A DNA stretch of 64,000 bases. Source: Rikenellaceae bacterium (lineage in GTDB: Bacteria; Bacteroidota; Bacteroidia; Bacteroidales; Rikenellaceae). The position numbers and the translations under genes were made by a program. The stretch spans positions 27,891 through 91,890 of the forward strand of contig SUZL01000005.1 of NCBI GenBank assembly GCA_015059925.1, given 5' to 3'. Positions 1 to 9,600 of the stretch are shown one piece after another. The notes below the pieces were generated by a model. That model ran no database searches. It was not told the origin of the DNA and saw nothing but the letters and a program-made list of their open reading frames with translations. Position 1 is the stretch's first letter; every line of letters begins with the position of its first letter.

Positions 1-1520
1 TCAAGGTAGCGGACATCGACCATACCCAGACTCTGGTCGGCCACGATCTTCAGCTGCACCTTATATTTCCACATCCAACGGCGGCGCAGCGACCACAGAC
101 CACTGCACAGGAACGATGCCACATAGGGGCTGACGTGCAGCGTGATATGCTTCACGCCTCGATCCGCCGCGAGGAACTGTATCTGGTTCTCGATCTTGCG
201 ATCCAGCAACACCGTAGGCTCGATACGGCCCGTGCCGTTACACGTCGGGCAGACATCCGTTACATCCTGCACCGCTACGGGGCGCACACGCTGGCGCGTG
301 ATCTGCATAAGGCCGAACTTCGTGAGCGGCAGGATCGTATGCTTGGCCTTGTCCGAGGCCATCAGCTTCTTCATCTCCTCGTACAGCGTCTGACGGTTTT
401 GCGCCTTGTGCAGGTCGATGAAGTCGATTATCACGATACCGCCCAAGTCGCGCAGACGTAGCTGTCGTGCGATCTCGGCTGCGGCGGCCAGATTGACCAT
501 CATAGCCGTCTCCTCTTGGTTCTCCTCGGCGCGGGTGCGGTTACCCGAATTCACGTCGATAACGTTCATCGCCTCGGTGTGCTCGATGATCAGGTAGGCT
601 CCGCGCTTGAGCGAAACATACTTGGCAAAGAGCGACTTGATCTGTTTCGATATATCGAAGTTGTCGAAGATGGGCACCGTACCTCGGTACAGCTTAACGA
701 TCTTCTCCAACTGGGGGTCGATTATTTTGATATAGTTTTTAATCTCACGATACATCGCCTCGTCATCGACCGTAATTTGCGAGAAGGTCGAGTTGAGCGA
801 ATCGCGGATTATGGTATTGGCTCTACCCATCTCGCTCATCAGCAGAGCGGGAGCCTGATTTTTGCGAATGTTGCCCACAGCCTTGTTCCAACGCTCGATG
901 AGCGAAAGAATATCTTGCTCGATGTCGGCATCCTGTGCCTCGGCAGCTGCTGTGCGTATGATAACGCCGAAATTTTTGGGAAGTACCTCTGCGGCAATAC
1001 GACGCAGACGTTTTTTAGTCTCATTCGAACGAATCTTCTGCGAGATTGAGATTTTGTTGCTGAATGGCACCAGCACCACGTTGCGGCCCGCGAGCGAGAG
1101 GTCGGCTGTCAGGCGCGGTCCTTTGGTCGAGATGGCCTCCTTGGCCACCTGCACCATCACCGTCTGGCCCGGCTCGAGATAGGTGGCCAGCTTGCCCGAC
1201 TTCTCGATGTCGGGTTCGAGCTTCATCGTCTCCACCTTTATTCCTCGGCGACCCGGTTGGCGGCTATCGACGAGTCTCTGCAACGAGCGGAATTGACTTC
1301 CCAAATCGAGATAGTGGATGAAGGCATCCTTCTCGTGTCCGATATTGACGAAGGCGGCATTCAGTCCCGGCATAATCTTACGCACCTTACCCAAGTAGAT
1401 GTCGCCCACGGCAAATCCCGTCTGGCTCTGCTCCTTGTTCAGCTCGACCAGCACCTTGTCCTCGCACAGGGCAATTGTGATCTCGGCTGGGGTTACGTTT
1501 ATTACTAACTCTCGATTCAT
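1..1520 (-). CDS. rng: Rne/Rng family ribonuclease (RNase G-like), 3' end runs off the window
   Basis: Hand translation from ATG at 1520: MNRELVINVT..., S1-domain GDIYLGKVRKIMPGLNAAFV, catalytic-domain IDVNSG and IIDFID motifs. Not in the ORF track because the stop lies outside the window. Confidence 0.93.
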   Translation of the reverse strand, partial: MNRELVINVTPAEITIALCEDKVLVELNKEQSQTGFAVGDIYLGKVRKIMPGLNAAFVNIGHEKDAFIHYLDLGSQFRSLQRLVDSRQPGRRGIKVETMKLEPDIEKSGKLATYLEPGQTVMVQVAKEAISTKGPRLTADLSLAGRNVVLVPFSNKISISQKIRSNETKKRLRRIAAEVLPKNFGVIIRTAAAEAQDADIEQDILSLIERWNKAVGNIRKNQAPALLMSEMGRANTIIRDSLNSTFSQITVDDEAMYREIKNYIKIIDPQLEKIVKLYRGTVPIFDNFDISKQIKSLFAKYVSLKRGAYLIIEHTEAMNVIDVNSGNRTRAEENQEETAMMVNLAAAAEIARQLRLRDLGGIVIIDFIDLHKAQNRQTLYEEMKKLMASDKAKHTILPLTKFGLMQITRQRVRPVAVQDVTDVCPTCNGTGRIEPTVLLDRKIENQIQFLAADRGVKHITLHVSPYVASFLCSGLWSLRRRWMWKYKVQLKIVADQSLGMVDVRYL

Positions 1521-1545
1521 TGTAAATACTTATATAAAAATAGGT

Positions 1546-1583
1546 AAAGGTAAAGGGCGTTAGACAAAATACCCTTTACCTTT
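1546..1583 (-). terminator. Terminator-like stem-loop between the bS22-like gene and rng
   Basis: 12-bp perfect inverted repeat AAAGGTAAAGGG/CCCTTTACCTTT, followed on the minus strand by ACCTATTTTT. Confidence 0.55.
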
Positions 1584-1627
1584 CATTCTTACCTACTTGC
1601 TAACGCAGTTTTGAAAAACCGTCCGAA

Positions 1628-1717
1628 TTACTTCTTCTTATGACGATTCTTACGAAGACGCTTCTTACGCTTGTGCGTAGCCATCTTATGACGCTTGTGC
1701 TTCTTTCCGTTTGGCAT
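1628..1717 (-). CDS. 29-aa basic protein, AURKAIP1/COX24-like (ribosomal protein bS22-type)
   Basis: Hand translation MPNGKKHKRHKMATHKRKKRLRKNRHKKK*. Starts 24 bp after the HU stop and matches the remembered Bacteroidota bS22 pattern. Confidence 0.85.
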   Translation of the reverse strand: MPNGKKHKRHKMATHKRKKRLRKNRHKKK

Positions 1718-1741
1718 TGTTGTAATATTTTAATTGGTTAA

Positions 1742-2014
1742 TTATTTCACCTTAGCTACGAAGCTCTTTGCAGGCTTGAAAGCGGGAATGTTGTGCTCGG
1801 GAATAGTGATGGTGGTGTTCTTCGAAATGTTACGAGCAACCTTGGTAGCGCGCTTCTTGATGATGAACGAACCAAAACCACGAAGATAAACATTGTTATT
1901 CTCGATAAGAGAATTGCGAACATTCTCCATAAAAGCCTCTACGATAGTCTGCACCAAAACCTTCTCGGCACCAGTACTCTTGGCAATTTCATTAACGATA
2001 TCAGCCTTAGTCAT
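1742..2014 (-). CDS. HU/IHF family DNA-binding protein
   Basis: MTKADIV N-terminus, VYLRGFGSF, ARNISKN and PAFKP motifs; 90 aa. Confidence 0.95.
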   Translation of the reverse strand: MTKADIVNEIAKSTGAEKVLVQTIVEAFMENVRNSLIENNNVYLRGFGSFIIKKRATKVARNISKNTTITIPEHNIPAFKPAKSFVAKVK

Positions 2015-2060
2015 AGTAATTATTTATTTATTATTTAACATTTAATTTGCTTTGGGTTTG

Positions 2061-2091
2061 CAAATGTACTACATTTTTAATGATTAACAAA
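2061..2091 (-). promoter_or_regulatory. Bacteroidota sigma-A promoter for the HU operon
   Basis: Minus strand reads TTTG-N19-TACATTTG, matching the -33/-7 consensus TTTG-N19-21-TAnnTTTG. Confidence 0.75.
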
Positions 2092-2169
2092 CTAAAAGTG
2101 AGTTTTTTTTCATAAATCCCACTCAACGATCGTATTGCGGGCGCAAAACGTCAAATTAGTTCTTCCTCG

Positions 2170-2589
2170 CTACGGTATTTGGTTAAATGCCATAGCCAAA
2201 CCCTCGACCGCCTTGTCCAGTCCGCCCTGAATTTTCGAGCCGATCATCATCTTCATCATCGTGTTGAGCTCGGCGTGCAGCACCATACGGATTCGCGTAT
2301 CCGCCGTATCTACGGGCTGCATCTGTATCCAGAACGAGAAGTCCACGGGCACACCATTCTCCTCGTCGGCTGCAATCTTGATGTGTCTGTTCTCCTCGCG
2401 CTCCACGATGCGCAGCGCCACCTTGAAACCCTTAACCTTGAACGAACAGGTATCCTCCGTTGCCGTCCACTCCTCGACCTTGTCCTGAAGTGCGGGGGTG
2501 AGCATATCGAAACGGCTGATGAAGGGAAAGATTCGCTCGGCGGGTTTCAGAATCTGCTGTTGCTTGGATGTATATTTTTCCAGTCCCAT
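2170..2589 (-). CDS. SRPBCC/START-like domain protein
   Basis: 139 aa with helix-grip-like pattern and C-terminal helix MMKMMIGSKIQGGLDK, typical of Bacteroidota SRPBCC proteins. Confidence 0.65.
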   Translation of the reverse strand: MGLEKYTSKQQQILKPAERIFPFISRFDMLTPALQDKVEEWTATEDTCSFKVKGFKVALRIVEREENRHIKIAADEENGVPVDFSFWIQMQPVDTADTRIRMVLHAELNTMMKMMIGSKIQGGLDKAVEGLAMAFNQIP

Positions 2590-2601
2590 AATCTATATTT
2601 T

Positions 2602-4590
2602 TTACTTTCCGGCCTTGTAAGCCTCTACGCCACTCTGCAAAAAGTCGATAAATCCCTGCACGTCGAGGTCGTATCCGCGCGGCGTCACCATCGGCACACC
2701 CTCGTTGCCCTGCAAGACGTAGTAGGGCTGTGCATTCACGCCGTAGGTCTTCAGCGCATAGTACGAATTGATCTTACCCAGCGTCTTGAGCACCTTGCCT
2801 GCATCGGTCGTAACCCAATCGGCCTCGTCCACCTTGAGTTTGTCGTCGGCATAGAGCGCCACGATAACATACTCGTTGCGCAGAATATCCAACACTCTGG
2901 GATCCGACCACACGCGCGCCTCCATCTCGCGGCAATTCACGCAGCCGTGACCCGTAAAGTCGATAAAGAGCGGCTTACCCACCTGCTTTGCGTACGCCTC
3001 AGCCTCCTCCAGATCGAAGAATCCATCCAGATTGTGCGGCAACTCCAGCACATCGCCATACTTAACGCCCGACGTTGGAGTCGAAGTCTCGGTCGCCACC
3101 GCCGAGCCCGAACCCATCACGAAATCCTGCGTCTGAATCGGGGGCAGATATCCCGAGAGAGCCTTCAGCGGAGCGCCCCACATACCGGGCAACATATATA
3201 CCACGAACGAGAACGACACAATCGCTAGCACCAGACGAGTTACCGAGAGGTAAGGCATATCGCTGTCGTGCTTGAATTTGATCTTGCCAATCAGGTACAA
3301 TCCCAGCAGCGAGAAGATCGCAATCCACAGAGCCAAATACACCTCGCGGTCGAGCAATCCCCAGTGGTAGGTCTGGTCGGCCACGCTGAGGAACTTCAAA
3401 CCGAGTGCCAGCTCCACAAAGCCCAGAACAACCTTCACCGAGTTGAGCCAACCACCACTCTTGGGCAGCTGCTTAAGCCACGACGGGAACAGCGCAAATA
3501 GCGTGAAGGGCAGCGCAAAGACCACCGAGAAGGCCAGCATCGTCAAAATCGGAGTCCACACCTCACCCGAGGTCGATTGGATCAGAGCCGAGCCGATGAT
3601 CGGGCCCGTGCAAGAGAACGACACCAACACCAGCGTCAGCGCCATAAAGAAGATACCCACGAGGCCACCCTTATCGGCCTTCGCGTCGCTATTATTCACC
3701 AGTTTCTCGGGCAACACGATCTCGAAAGCGCCGAAGAACGACGCAGCAAAGACCATAAACACCACAAAGAAGAGGATATTCGGCAACCAGTGTGTCGATA
3801 ACCAGTTGAAGATGTCGGCCGTCACGGCATCGCCACCCACCAGCCACGTCAGCAGGATAATCACCGCAATGGGCACGGTATAGAGCACCACGATAAACAG
3901 ACCATACATCAACGCGCGGAAGCGACCGCGAGCGGCGCTACCCGAGCCCTTGAGGAAGAACGACACGGTCATCGGAATCATCGGGAATACGCAGGGCGTA
4001 AGCAGCGCGATAAGCGCCCAACCGATTGCGCTGAGAATAAAGCTCCATATCGAGCCACCCTTCGTTACAGCGTTAGCATCGGCCACGCTCTGCTCAATAT
4101 CCACCCCGGCCGCCGTAGTGGGATTACCAACCTTGATCGAAAAATCCTTATCGCCATTCACGCACTGGTCGCTGCAAGCCTGCCACTCCACCGAGCACTG
4201 CACCATAGCACCCTCGGGGGCTTTCACCCGCTGCGAGAATACCACTTCGCCCTCATAATGGCCAATCTCCATCTCGAAGATCTCGTCCATCTGGCGTACC
4301 GACTCGCGGTTGGCCTCAACCTCTCCTACCAGCTCATACCCTACGATGGGATCGAACGTAAACGTAGTAGCCAACGGGCCACCCTCGTACGGGCCGAGGT
4401 CGTAGAGGTGCCATCCCTGCTCGACCGTAGCCTTAAAGTCAATGCGATACTCACCATCGCCCACCTGCTCAACCGATGTTGACCACGAAACTGGGTCGAA
4501 AAGCTGCATCTGCGCCGATGCCGACTGCAGGGCCAGCATTGCGACGAGCATCAAAATCAAACTCTTAATCTTATTCATAGTTTTCTTCAC
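2602..4590 (-). CDS. dsbD: Thiol:disulfide interchange protein DsbD (Ig-like + CcdA transmembrane + thioredoxin)
   Basis: Signal peptide, CSDQC in the N-terminal domain, TPCVFP and SCTGP in the TM domain, CVNC thioredoxin motif. Confidence 0.9.
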   Translation of the reverse strand: MKKTMNKIKSLILMLVAMLALQSASAQMQLFDPVSWSTSVEQVGDGEYRIDFKATVEQGWHLYDLGPYEGGPLATTFTFDPIVGYELVGEVEANRESVRQMDEIFEMEIGHYEGEVVFSQRVKAPEGAMVQCSVEWQACSDQCVNGDKDFSIKVGNPTTAAGVDIEQSVADANAVTKGGSIWSFILSAIGWALIALLTPCVFPMIPMTVSFFLKGSGSAARGRFRALMYGLFIVVLYTVPIAVIILLTWLVGGDAVTADIFNWLSTHWLPNILFFVVFMVFAASFFGAFEIVLPEKLVNNSDAKADKGGLVGIFFMALTLVLVSFSCTGPIIGSALIQSTSGEVWTPILTMLAFSVVFALPFTLFALFPSWLKQLPKSGGWLNSVKVVLGFVELALGLKFLSVADQTYHWGLLDREVYLALWIAIFSLLGLYLIGKIKFKHDSDMPYLSVTRLVLAIVSFSFVVYMLPGMWGAPLKALSGYLPPIQTQDFVMGSGSAVATETSTPTSGVKYGDVLELPHNLDGFFDLEEAEAYAKQVGKPLFIDFTGHGCVNCREMEARVWSDPRVLDILRNEYVIVALYADDKLKVDEADWVTTDAGKVLKTLGKINSYYALKTYGVNAQPYYVLQGNEGVPMVTPRGYDLDVQGFIDFLQSGVEAYKAGK

Positions 4591-4623
4591 TCAATTATCC
4601 ACTTTAGATATTTACGCAAGGGG

Positions 4624-4655
4624 CAAAAATAAACAAAAAAACAGATTCCTGCAAA
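4624..4655 (-). promoter_or_regulatory. Sigma-A promoter for dsbD
   Basis: Minus strand TTTG-N20-TATTTTTG; overlaps the tsaE terminator hairpin. Confidence 0.55.
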
Positions 4656-4669
4656 TAAGAATCTGTTTT
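4638..4669 (-). terminator. Intrinsic terminator after tsaE
   Basis: 11-bp stem AAAACAGATTC/GAATCTGTTTT with a T-run on the minus strand. Confidence 0.65.
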
Positions 4670-4683
4670 ATAGCTTTTTTCGC

Positions 4684-5097
4684 CTACTCTATCTCAAATA
4701 TTCGCTTCTGGTCGTCGCCTACGGTGATTCTCACCTGCATAGCATCATCGGGCAGCAACCCCTCCACCATCTCGGGCCACTCGACAAAGCACAACTCGCC
4801 CGAGTAGAAGTACTCCTCGTAACCGAGGTCGAACACCTCCTCCACGCGGTTGATGCGATAGAAGTCGAAGTGGTATATCGTCCCCTCGCGTCCCTCATAT
4901 TGGTTCACCAGCGCAAACGTCGGGCTCGTTACCGTATCCTCCGCCCCGAGCTTTGCGGCAATGCGACTCACGAGCGTAGTCTTTCCCGCGCCCATACCGC
5001 CACGCAGCAACACCACGCGACGCTCGCCCAACGCCGAGAGTATCTCTTCGGCCACACGCTCCAATTCCGAGAGCGAGTCAATCTCTATTTTTTTCAT
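4684..5097 (-). CDS. tsaE: tRNA threonylcarbamoyladenosine biosynthesis ATPase TsaE (YjeE)
   Basis: GGMGAGKTT Walker A, VTSPTF, HFDFYR and VEWPE motifs. Confidence 0.96.
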   Translation of the reverse strand: MKKIEIDSLSELERVAEEILSALGERRVVLLRGGMGAGKTTLVSRIAAKLGAEDTVTSPTFALVNQYEGREGTIYHFDFYRINRVEEVFDLGYEEYFYSGELCFVEWPEMVEGLLPDDAMQVRITVGDDQKRIFEIE

Positions 5098-5099
5098 AA

Positions 5100-6659
5100 T
5101 CAGTTTCCTTTGGGTTTTAGTACAATGTACGGCACAAGCATCTCCTCCATCGATATTCCGCCGTGCTGGAATGTATTTCTATAGTAGCGTATAAACTTGT
5201 TTGCGTCGTTGTTATAGACCAAAAAGTCGGAGTTGTAGGCGAAGATATAGCTCGACGAGAGGTTGATCCTCGGCAGCTGAATATCCTCCGGTCGCGTTAC
5301 CTCATACACCTCGCGGGGGTTGTATAGCAGGTTGCGGCCCGTCTTGTATCGCAGGTTGGGCGAGGTCTCACGATCGCCCGTAACCTTCACGGGGTTATCC
5401 ACGCGGATCGTTCCGTGATCCGACGTAATGATTACCGTATGCCCCTGCTCCGAGAGCATCTTCAACATCTCATACAGGTCCGAATGTTCAAACCACGAGC
5501 GCGTAAGCGAGCGGAACGACGCCTCATCCTCGGTAAGCTCTCGGATGATGTCGGTCTCGGTTCGGGCGTGCGAGAGGATGTCGAGGAAGTTGTAGATGAT
5601 AACCGAGAAGTCGGCATCATACACGCGACGGATGTTGTCAATGAGTTTTCGTCCCGCCTCGGGGCGCACCAGCTTATCGAACGTCCAGCGGTAATCCTTG
5701 CCCGCCATCTTGAGCTGTCGTGCGAGAAAATCCTCCTCATACTGATTCTTGCCCCCCTCCTCGTTGTCGTTTAACCACTTGTCGGGCATCATCTTGTCGA
5801 TAGCCAGCGGCATCAGGCCCGCAAAAATCGCATTTCGTGCATACTGCGTCGCCGTGGGCAGTATAGCGCAGTAGAAATCATCCACATCCACGTCGTAATA
5901 GCCGCGCAGCAGCGAACTTATGGCACGCCACTGATCGTAACGGAAATTATCAATCAGCAACAACGTGGTCTTCGTATTCTCATCCACAACGGGCAGAATC
6001 TTCTTGCGCATCAGCGTGTGCGACATAATGGGAATCTCGCTGTCATCGACCCGCTTGTTGATCCAATTATAGTAGTTGCGACGCACAAACTTGCAGAACT
6101 CCTGATTCGCCTCGCTCTTCTGATATACCAGAATCTCCTTCACACTCTGATCCATCGACCCCGCAAGCTCAATCTCCCAATTGGTAATCTTGCGATACAG
6201 CGCACACCACGCCTCAAACGACGATGCGCCCTGACACATCGCCGAGATGCGCCCGAACTCGGCACGGTAGTCGGCCGTTGTCTGCTCGGTTACGAGCTGC
6301 TGCGAGTGGACATTCTTCTTTATCGAGAGCAGCACCTGATTGGGATTCACGGGCTTGATGATGTAGTCGGCGATCTTCGAGCCGACGGCCTTATCCATAA
6401 TGTTCTCCTCCTCGCTCTTCGTAACCATAATGACGGGTGTCGTCGGGCGCTGCTCCTTGATCAGAGGCAGCGTCTCCAGTCCCGTCATTCCGGGCATCAT
6501 CTCGTCGAGGATTATAAGGTCATACGCCGTTGCACGCGCCATATCTATGGCGTCGTAACCATTGTTGCAGGTATCCACCGCATACCCCTTCCCCTGAAGG
6601 AACAGAACGTGAGGTTTCAAGAGCTCCACCTCGTCATCTACCCATAATATCTTTACCAT
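5100..6659 (-). CDS. porX: PorX-type response regulator (REC + PglZ/alkaline-phosphatase domain)
   Basis: N-terminal REC (VDDE, ILDEMMPG), C-terminal PglZ motifs LLIDNFRYDQW, LPTATQYARNAIF, TSDHG, FQHGG; adjacent to tsaE. Confidence 0.88.
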   Translation of the reverse strand: MVKILWVDDEVELLKPHVLFLQGKGYAVDTCNNGYDAIDMARATAYDLIILDEMMPGMTGLETLPLIKEQRPTTPVIMVTKSEEENIMDKAVGSKIADYIIKPVNPNQVLLSIKKNVHSQQLVTEQTTADYRAEFGRISAMCQGASSFEAWCALYRKITNWEIELAGSMDQSVKEILVYQKSEANQEFCKFVRRNYYNWINKRVDDSEIPIMSHTLMRKKILPVVDENTKTTLLLIDNFRYDQWRAISSLLRGYYDVDVDDFYCAILPTATQYARNAIFAGLMPLAIDKMMPDKWLNDNEEGGKNQYEEDFLARQLKMAGKDYRWTFDKLVRPEAGRKLIDNIRRVYDADFSVIIYNFLDILSHARTETDIIRELTEDEASFRSLTRSWFEHSDLYEMLKMLSEQGHTVIITSDHGTIRVDNPVKVTGDRETSPNLRYKTGRNLLYNPREVYEVTRPEDIQLPRINLSSSYIFAYNSDFLVYNNDANKFIRYYRNTFQHGGISMEEMLVPYIVLKPKGN

Positions 6660-6706
6660 AGTGTTTCGTTTTTTAACTCCAATCGGGCCTTGCCTGCCGC
6701 AGGCCT

Positions 6707-7366
6707 TTATACCGAGAACGCCGAAAATACCTTTTTAATTGTCGGGAACGAGTTTTTTATTTGCTCCTCGATGCAGTCGGGAGCCACCCACTCGGCCCTT
6801 ACGATTCCCTCCTCGCGCTGTGGCGTGAGCTGTCGGCTAAGCGCCCTCATAACATACCACGCCGTCAGTTTCAACTCCCACTCACCATATATATTATACG
6901 CGTGAAGTGTCGCAGCGAGCAATCGCCCCACCTCGGCAACCTTCACTCCCGTCTCCTCCTCGGCCTCGCGCGCGGCACACTCCTCGAAACTCTCTCCCTG
7001 CTCGCGGTGCCCTTTGGGCAGATCCCAGCGACCGTTGCGGCTGATCATCACCACCTCGCCTCGATCGCTCTCCACCACACCGCCTGCGGCCTCCACCCAC
7101 TTCATCTGGCGGGCAAATGCCTCGAACGCAGCCAGAGGCTCCGGGCTTAAAATCTCAACCGAGTTGTAAGTTTCTAAAAAAGTGATTACCTTCGCTCTTG
7201 CAAGCGGCCCTTCGGCCTCGGCCGATACGACATAATACCCCTCGCGGGGCTCTGCCGCGAAGAGCAGCTCTCTCTCGGCAAACCATACGCGAATCGAGCC
7301 ATCCGCCTCGATGGGGATGCCTACATTATGCTCGCTGTGGGTATAGTAATTGGCTTTTGAGTGCAT
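6707..7366 (-). CDS. NUDIX hydrolase
   Basis: Nudix box GHREQGESFEECAAREAEEETG preceded by WDLPKG. Start codon uncertain. Confidence 0.88.
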   Translation of the reverse strand: MHSKANYYTHSEHNVGIPIEADGSIRVWFAERELLFAAEPREGYYVVSAEAEGPLARAKVITFLETYNSVEILSPEPLAAFEAFARQMKWVEAAGGVVESDRGEVVMISRNGRWDLPKGHREQGESFEECAAREAEEETGVKVAEVGRLLAATLHAYNIYGEWELKLTAWYVMRALSRQLTPQREEGIVRAEWVAPDCIEEQIKNSFPTIKKVFSAFSV

Positions 7367-7425
7367 TGCTTGGCAATTTGATTAAGCAAAAATAGTGAAT
7401 TGATGTTAAACCTCGAATAGAATCT

Positions 7426-9549
7426 ATGAAAAAATTAACCTTTATTATGGCTATTACAGCATTGGCGCTCTCATCGTGCGCTCCCAAGGAGTCGAGTGCG
7501 CCGCTTTCGATCGACAACCAACTCTCGGCAGAGGAGATCTCTTTAGCCCGCTTCACCCCCGAGGTGATGTGGAAGATGAGCCGTCTGGGCTCGGCTACCC
7601 TCTCGCCCGATGGCAAGAGTGCGCTCTACACCCTCACCCGCTACAATATGGCCGAGAATCGCGGCCTGACGCAGATCTACCTGCGCGATATGGCCTCGGG
7701 CGCGGAGACCGCTTTGACGGACAATCAGTCCAACAACTCCGATGCACAGTGGAGTGCCGACGGCAAAACCATCTACTTCACCTCATCGCGTAGCGGCTCG
7801 ACGCAGCTCTGGCAGATGGCCGCCGACGGATCGTCGCCCAAGCAGATTACCGCCATCGAGGGTGGCATCGAGGGTTACGGCGTAGCTCCCTCGGGCGACA
7901 AGCTCTTCTACATCAAGAAGGTGCAGGCCGCCGACATCAAATCTTCGGACGTTCACAAGGATATGGACAAGTCGCAGGCCCGCATCTACGACGATTTGAT
8001 GGTGCGCCACTGGAACTATTGGGACGAAGGCCAGTATAGCCACATCTTCGTGGCCGACATCGAGGGCGGCAGCGTAAAGAACGACAAGGACATCCTCGGT
8101 GCCGATGCCGCTTGGGATGCTCCGCTGGCACCCTACTTCGACGTAGCGGAGATCGCGTGGAGCAACGACGGCAAGCGTCTGGCCTACACCTGCAAGCCCC
8201 TGACGGGCGTGGAGTACGCCATCTCGACCGACTCTGACATCTTCATCTACGATACGGAGGATGGCTCAACGCTCAACATCAACAAGATCAAGACCGCAGC
8301 CGGAATGCGCATTATGGAGTTCGTCGGCTACGACCGCTACCCCGTATGGTCGCCCGACGACAGCCAGCTGGCTTTCTGCTCGATGGCAACCCCCGGCTAT
8401 GAGTCGGACAAGGATCGCCTCTTCGTCTTCGACTTTGCCACGCAGCAGATGAAGGATCTCACTCCCGACTTCGACCACAGCGCCTCGAACGTGATCTGGA
8501 AGGACAACTCGACCCTCTACTTCCTCTCGGCCATCGAGGGTACGCAGCAGGTGTGCAAGGTGGGCGTGAATGATGCAAAGGTCGATGTGATCACTTCGGG
8601 CGACCACGACATCGCCACGATGAGCATCGCTGGCGACGAGTGCCTCGCAACGCTTATGACCATCAGCCGCGACAAGGAGATGTACAGCGTAAACCTCGCC
8701 GACGGCTCACTTAAGCAGCTCTCAAATATCAATGCCCACGTCTACGACAACGTAAAGATGGGCCAAGTCGAGAAGCGCTGGATCAAGACCACCGACGGCA
8801 AGGAGATGCTCACTTGGGTTATCCTGCCGCCCGACTTCGACCCCACGAAGAAGTACCCCACCCTGCTCTACTGCGAGGGCGGCCCTCAGAGCGTCGTATC
8901 GCAGGGCTGGAGCTACCGCTGGAACTTCCAGCTTATGGCCGCTCAGGGCTACGTCGTCGTAGCTCCCAACCGCCGTGGCTGCCCCTCATTCGGCTCGGAG
9001 TGGCGTGAGCAGATTTCGGGCGACTACGCAGGCCAGAACATTCAGGACTACTTGGCCGCCATCGACACGGTTGCTAAGGAGCCTTGGTGCGACACCGACC
9101 ATCTTGGCTGCGTGGGTGCATCCTACGGTGGCTACTCGGTTTACTACCTCGCGGGCAACCACGACGGCCGCTTCAAGGCCTTCATCTCGCACTGCGGCAT
9201 CTTCAACTTCGAGTCGATGTATGGCGAGACCGAGGAGCTCTTCTTCATCAACCACGACTACGGTGGCAACTATTGGGATAAGTCAAACGCTGTGGCTCAG
9301 CGCTCATACGCCTCATCACCCCACAAGTTCGTCGATCGCTGGGACACCCCCATTATGATCATCACGGGCGAGTACGACTTCCGCATCCCCTACACCCAGT
9401 CATTGCAGGCCTTCACCGCCGCCCGCCTCAAGGGCCTCGACTCGCGCCTCGTTGAGTTCGAGAACGAGGGCCATCAGGTCTTCAAACCCCAGAACTCAAT
9501 TGTCTGGAACCGCGAATTCTTCGGCTGGCTTGACAAGTACCTGAAATAA
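7426..9549 (+). CDS. S9 family peptidase (DPP5-like), lipoprotein
   Basis: Lipobox LSSC, beta-propeller repeats, GGPQ, nucleophile GASYGG, GEYDFR and NEGH catalytic motifs. Confidence 0.92.
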   Translation: MKKLTFIMAITALALSSCAPKESSAPLSIDNQLSAEEISLARFTPEVMWKMSRLGSATLSPDGKSALYTLTRYNMAENRGLTQIYLRDMASGAETALTDNQSNNSDAQWSADGKTIYFTSSRSGSTQLWQMAADGSSPKQITAIEGGIEGYGVAPSGDKLFYIKKVQAADIKSSDVHKDMDKSQARIYDDLMVRHWNYWDEGQYSHIFVADIEGGSVKNDKDILGADAAWDAPLAPYFDVAEIAWSNDGKRLAYTCKPLTGVEYAISTDSDIFIYDTEDGSTLNINKIKTAAGMRIMEFVGYDRYPVWSPDDSQLAFCSMATPGYESDKDRLFVFDFATQQMKDLTPDFDHSASNVIWKDNSTLYFLSAIEGTQQVCKVGVNDAKVDVITSGDHDIATMSIAGDECLATLMTISRDKEMYSVNLADGSLKQLSNINAHVYDNVKMGQVEKRWIKTTDGKEMLTWVILPPDFDPTKKYPTLLYCEGGPQSVVSQGWSYRWNFQLMAAQGYVVVAPNRRGCPSFGSEWREQISGDYAGQNIQDYLAAIDTVAKEPWCDTDHLGCVGASYGGYSVYYLAGNHDGRFKAFISHCGIFNFESMYGETEELFFINHDYGGNYWDKSNAVAQRSYASSPHKFVDRWDTPIMIITGEYDFRIPYTQSLQAFTAARLKGLDSRLVEFENEGHQVFKPQNSIVWNREFFGWLDKYLK

Positions 9550-9556
9550 CATTTAC

Positions 9557-9600
9557 GAGTAATAAAAAAGGGCATCGTGAGATGCCCTTTTTTATTACTC
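9557..9600. terminator. Bidirectional intrinsic terminator
   Basis: 20-bp perfect inverted repeat GAGTAATAAAAAAGGGCATC-GTGA-GATGCCCTTTTTTATTACTC between convergent genes. Confidence 0.92.

Noticed and set aside
2179-3228. 349-aa plus-strand ORF
   Set aside because: Antisense to the SRPBCC and dsbD genes; Leu/His/Arg-rich shadow composition.
4595-4603. TTATCCACT, a one-mismatch DnaA box
   Set aside because: Isolated and 37 kb from the skew switch; not evidence for oriC. The same applies to TGTGGATTG at about 46083.
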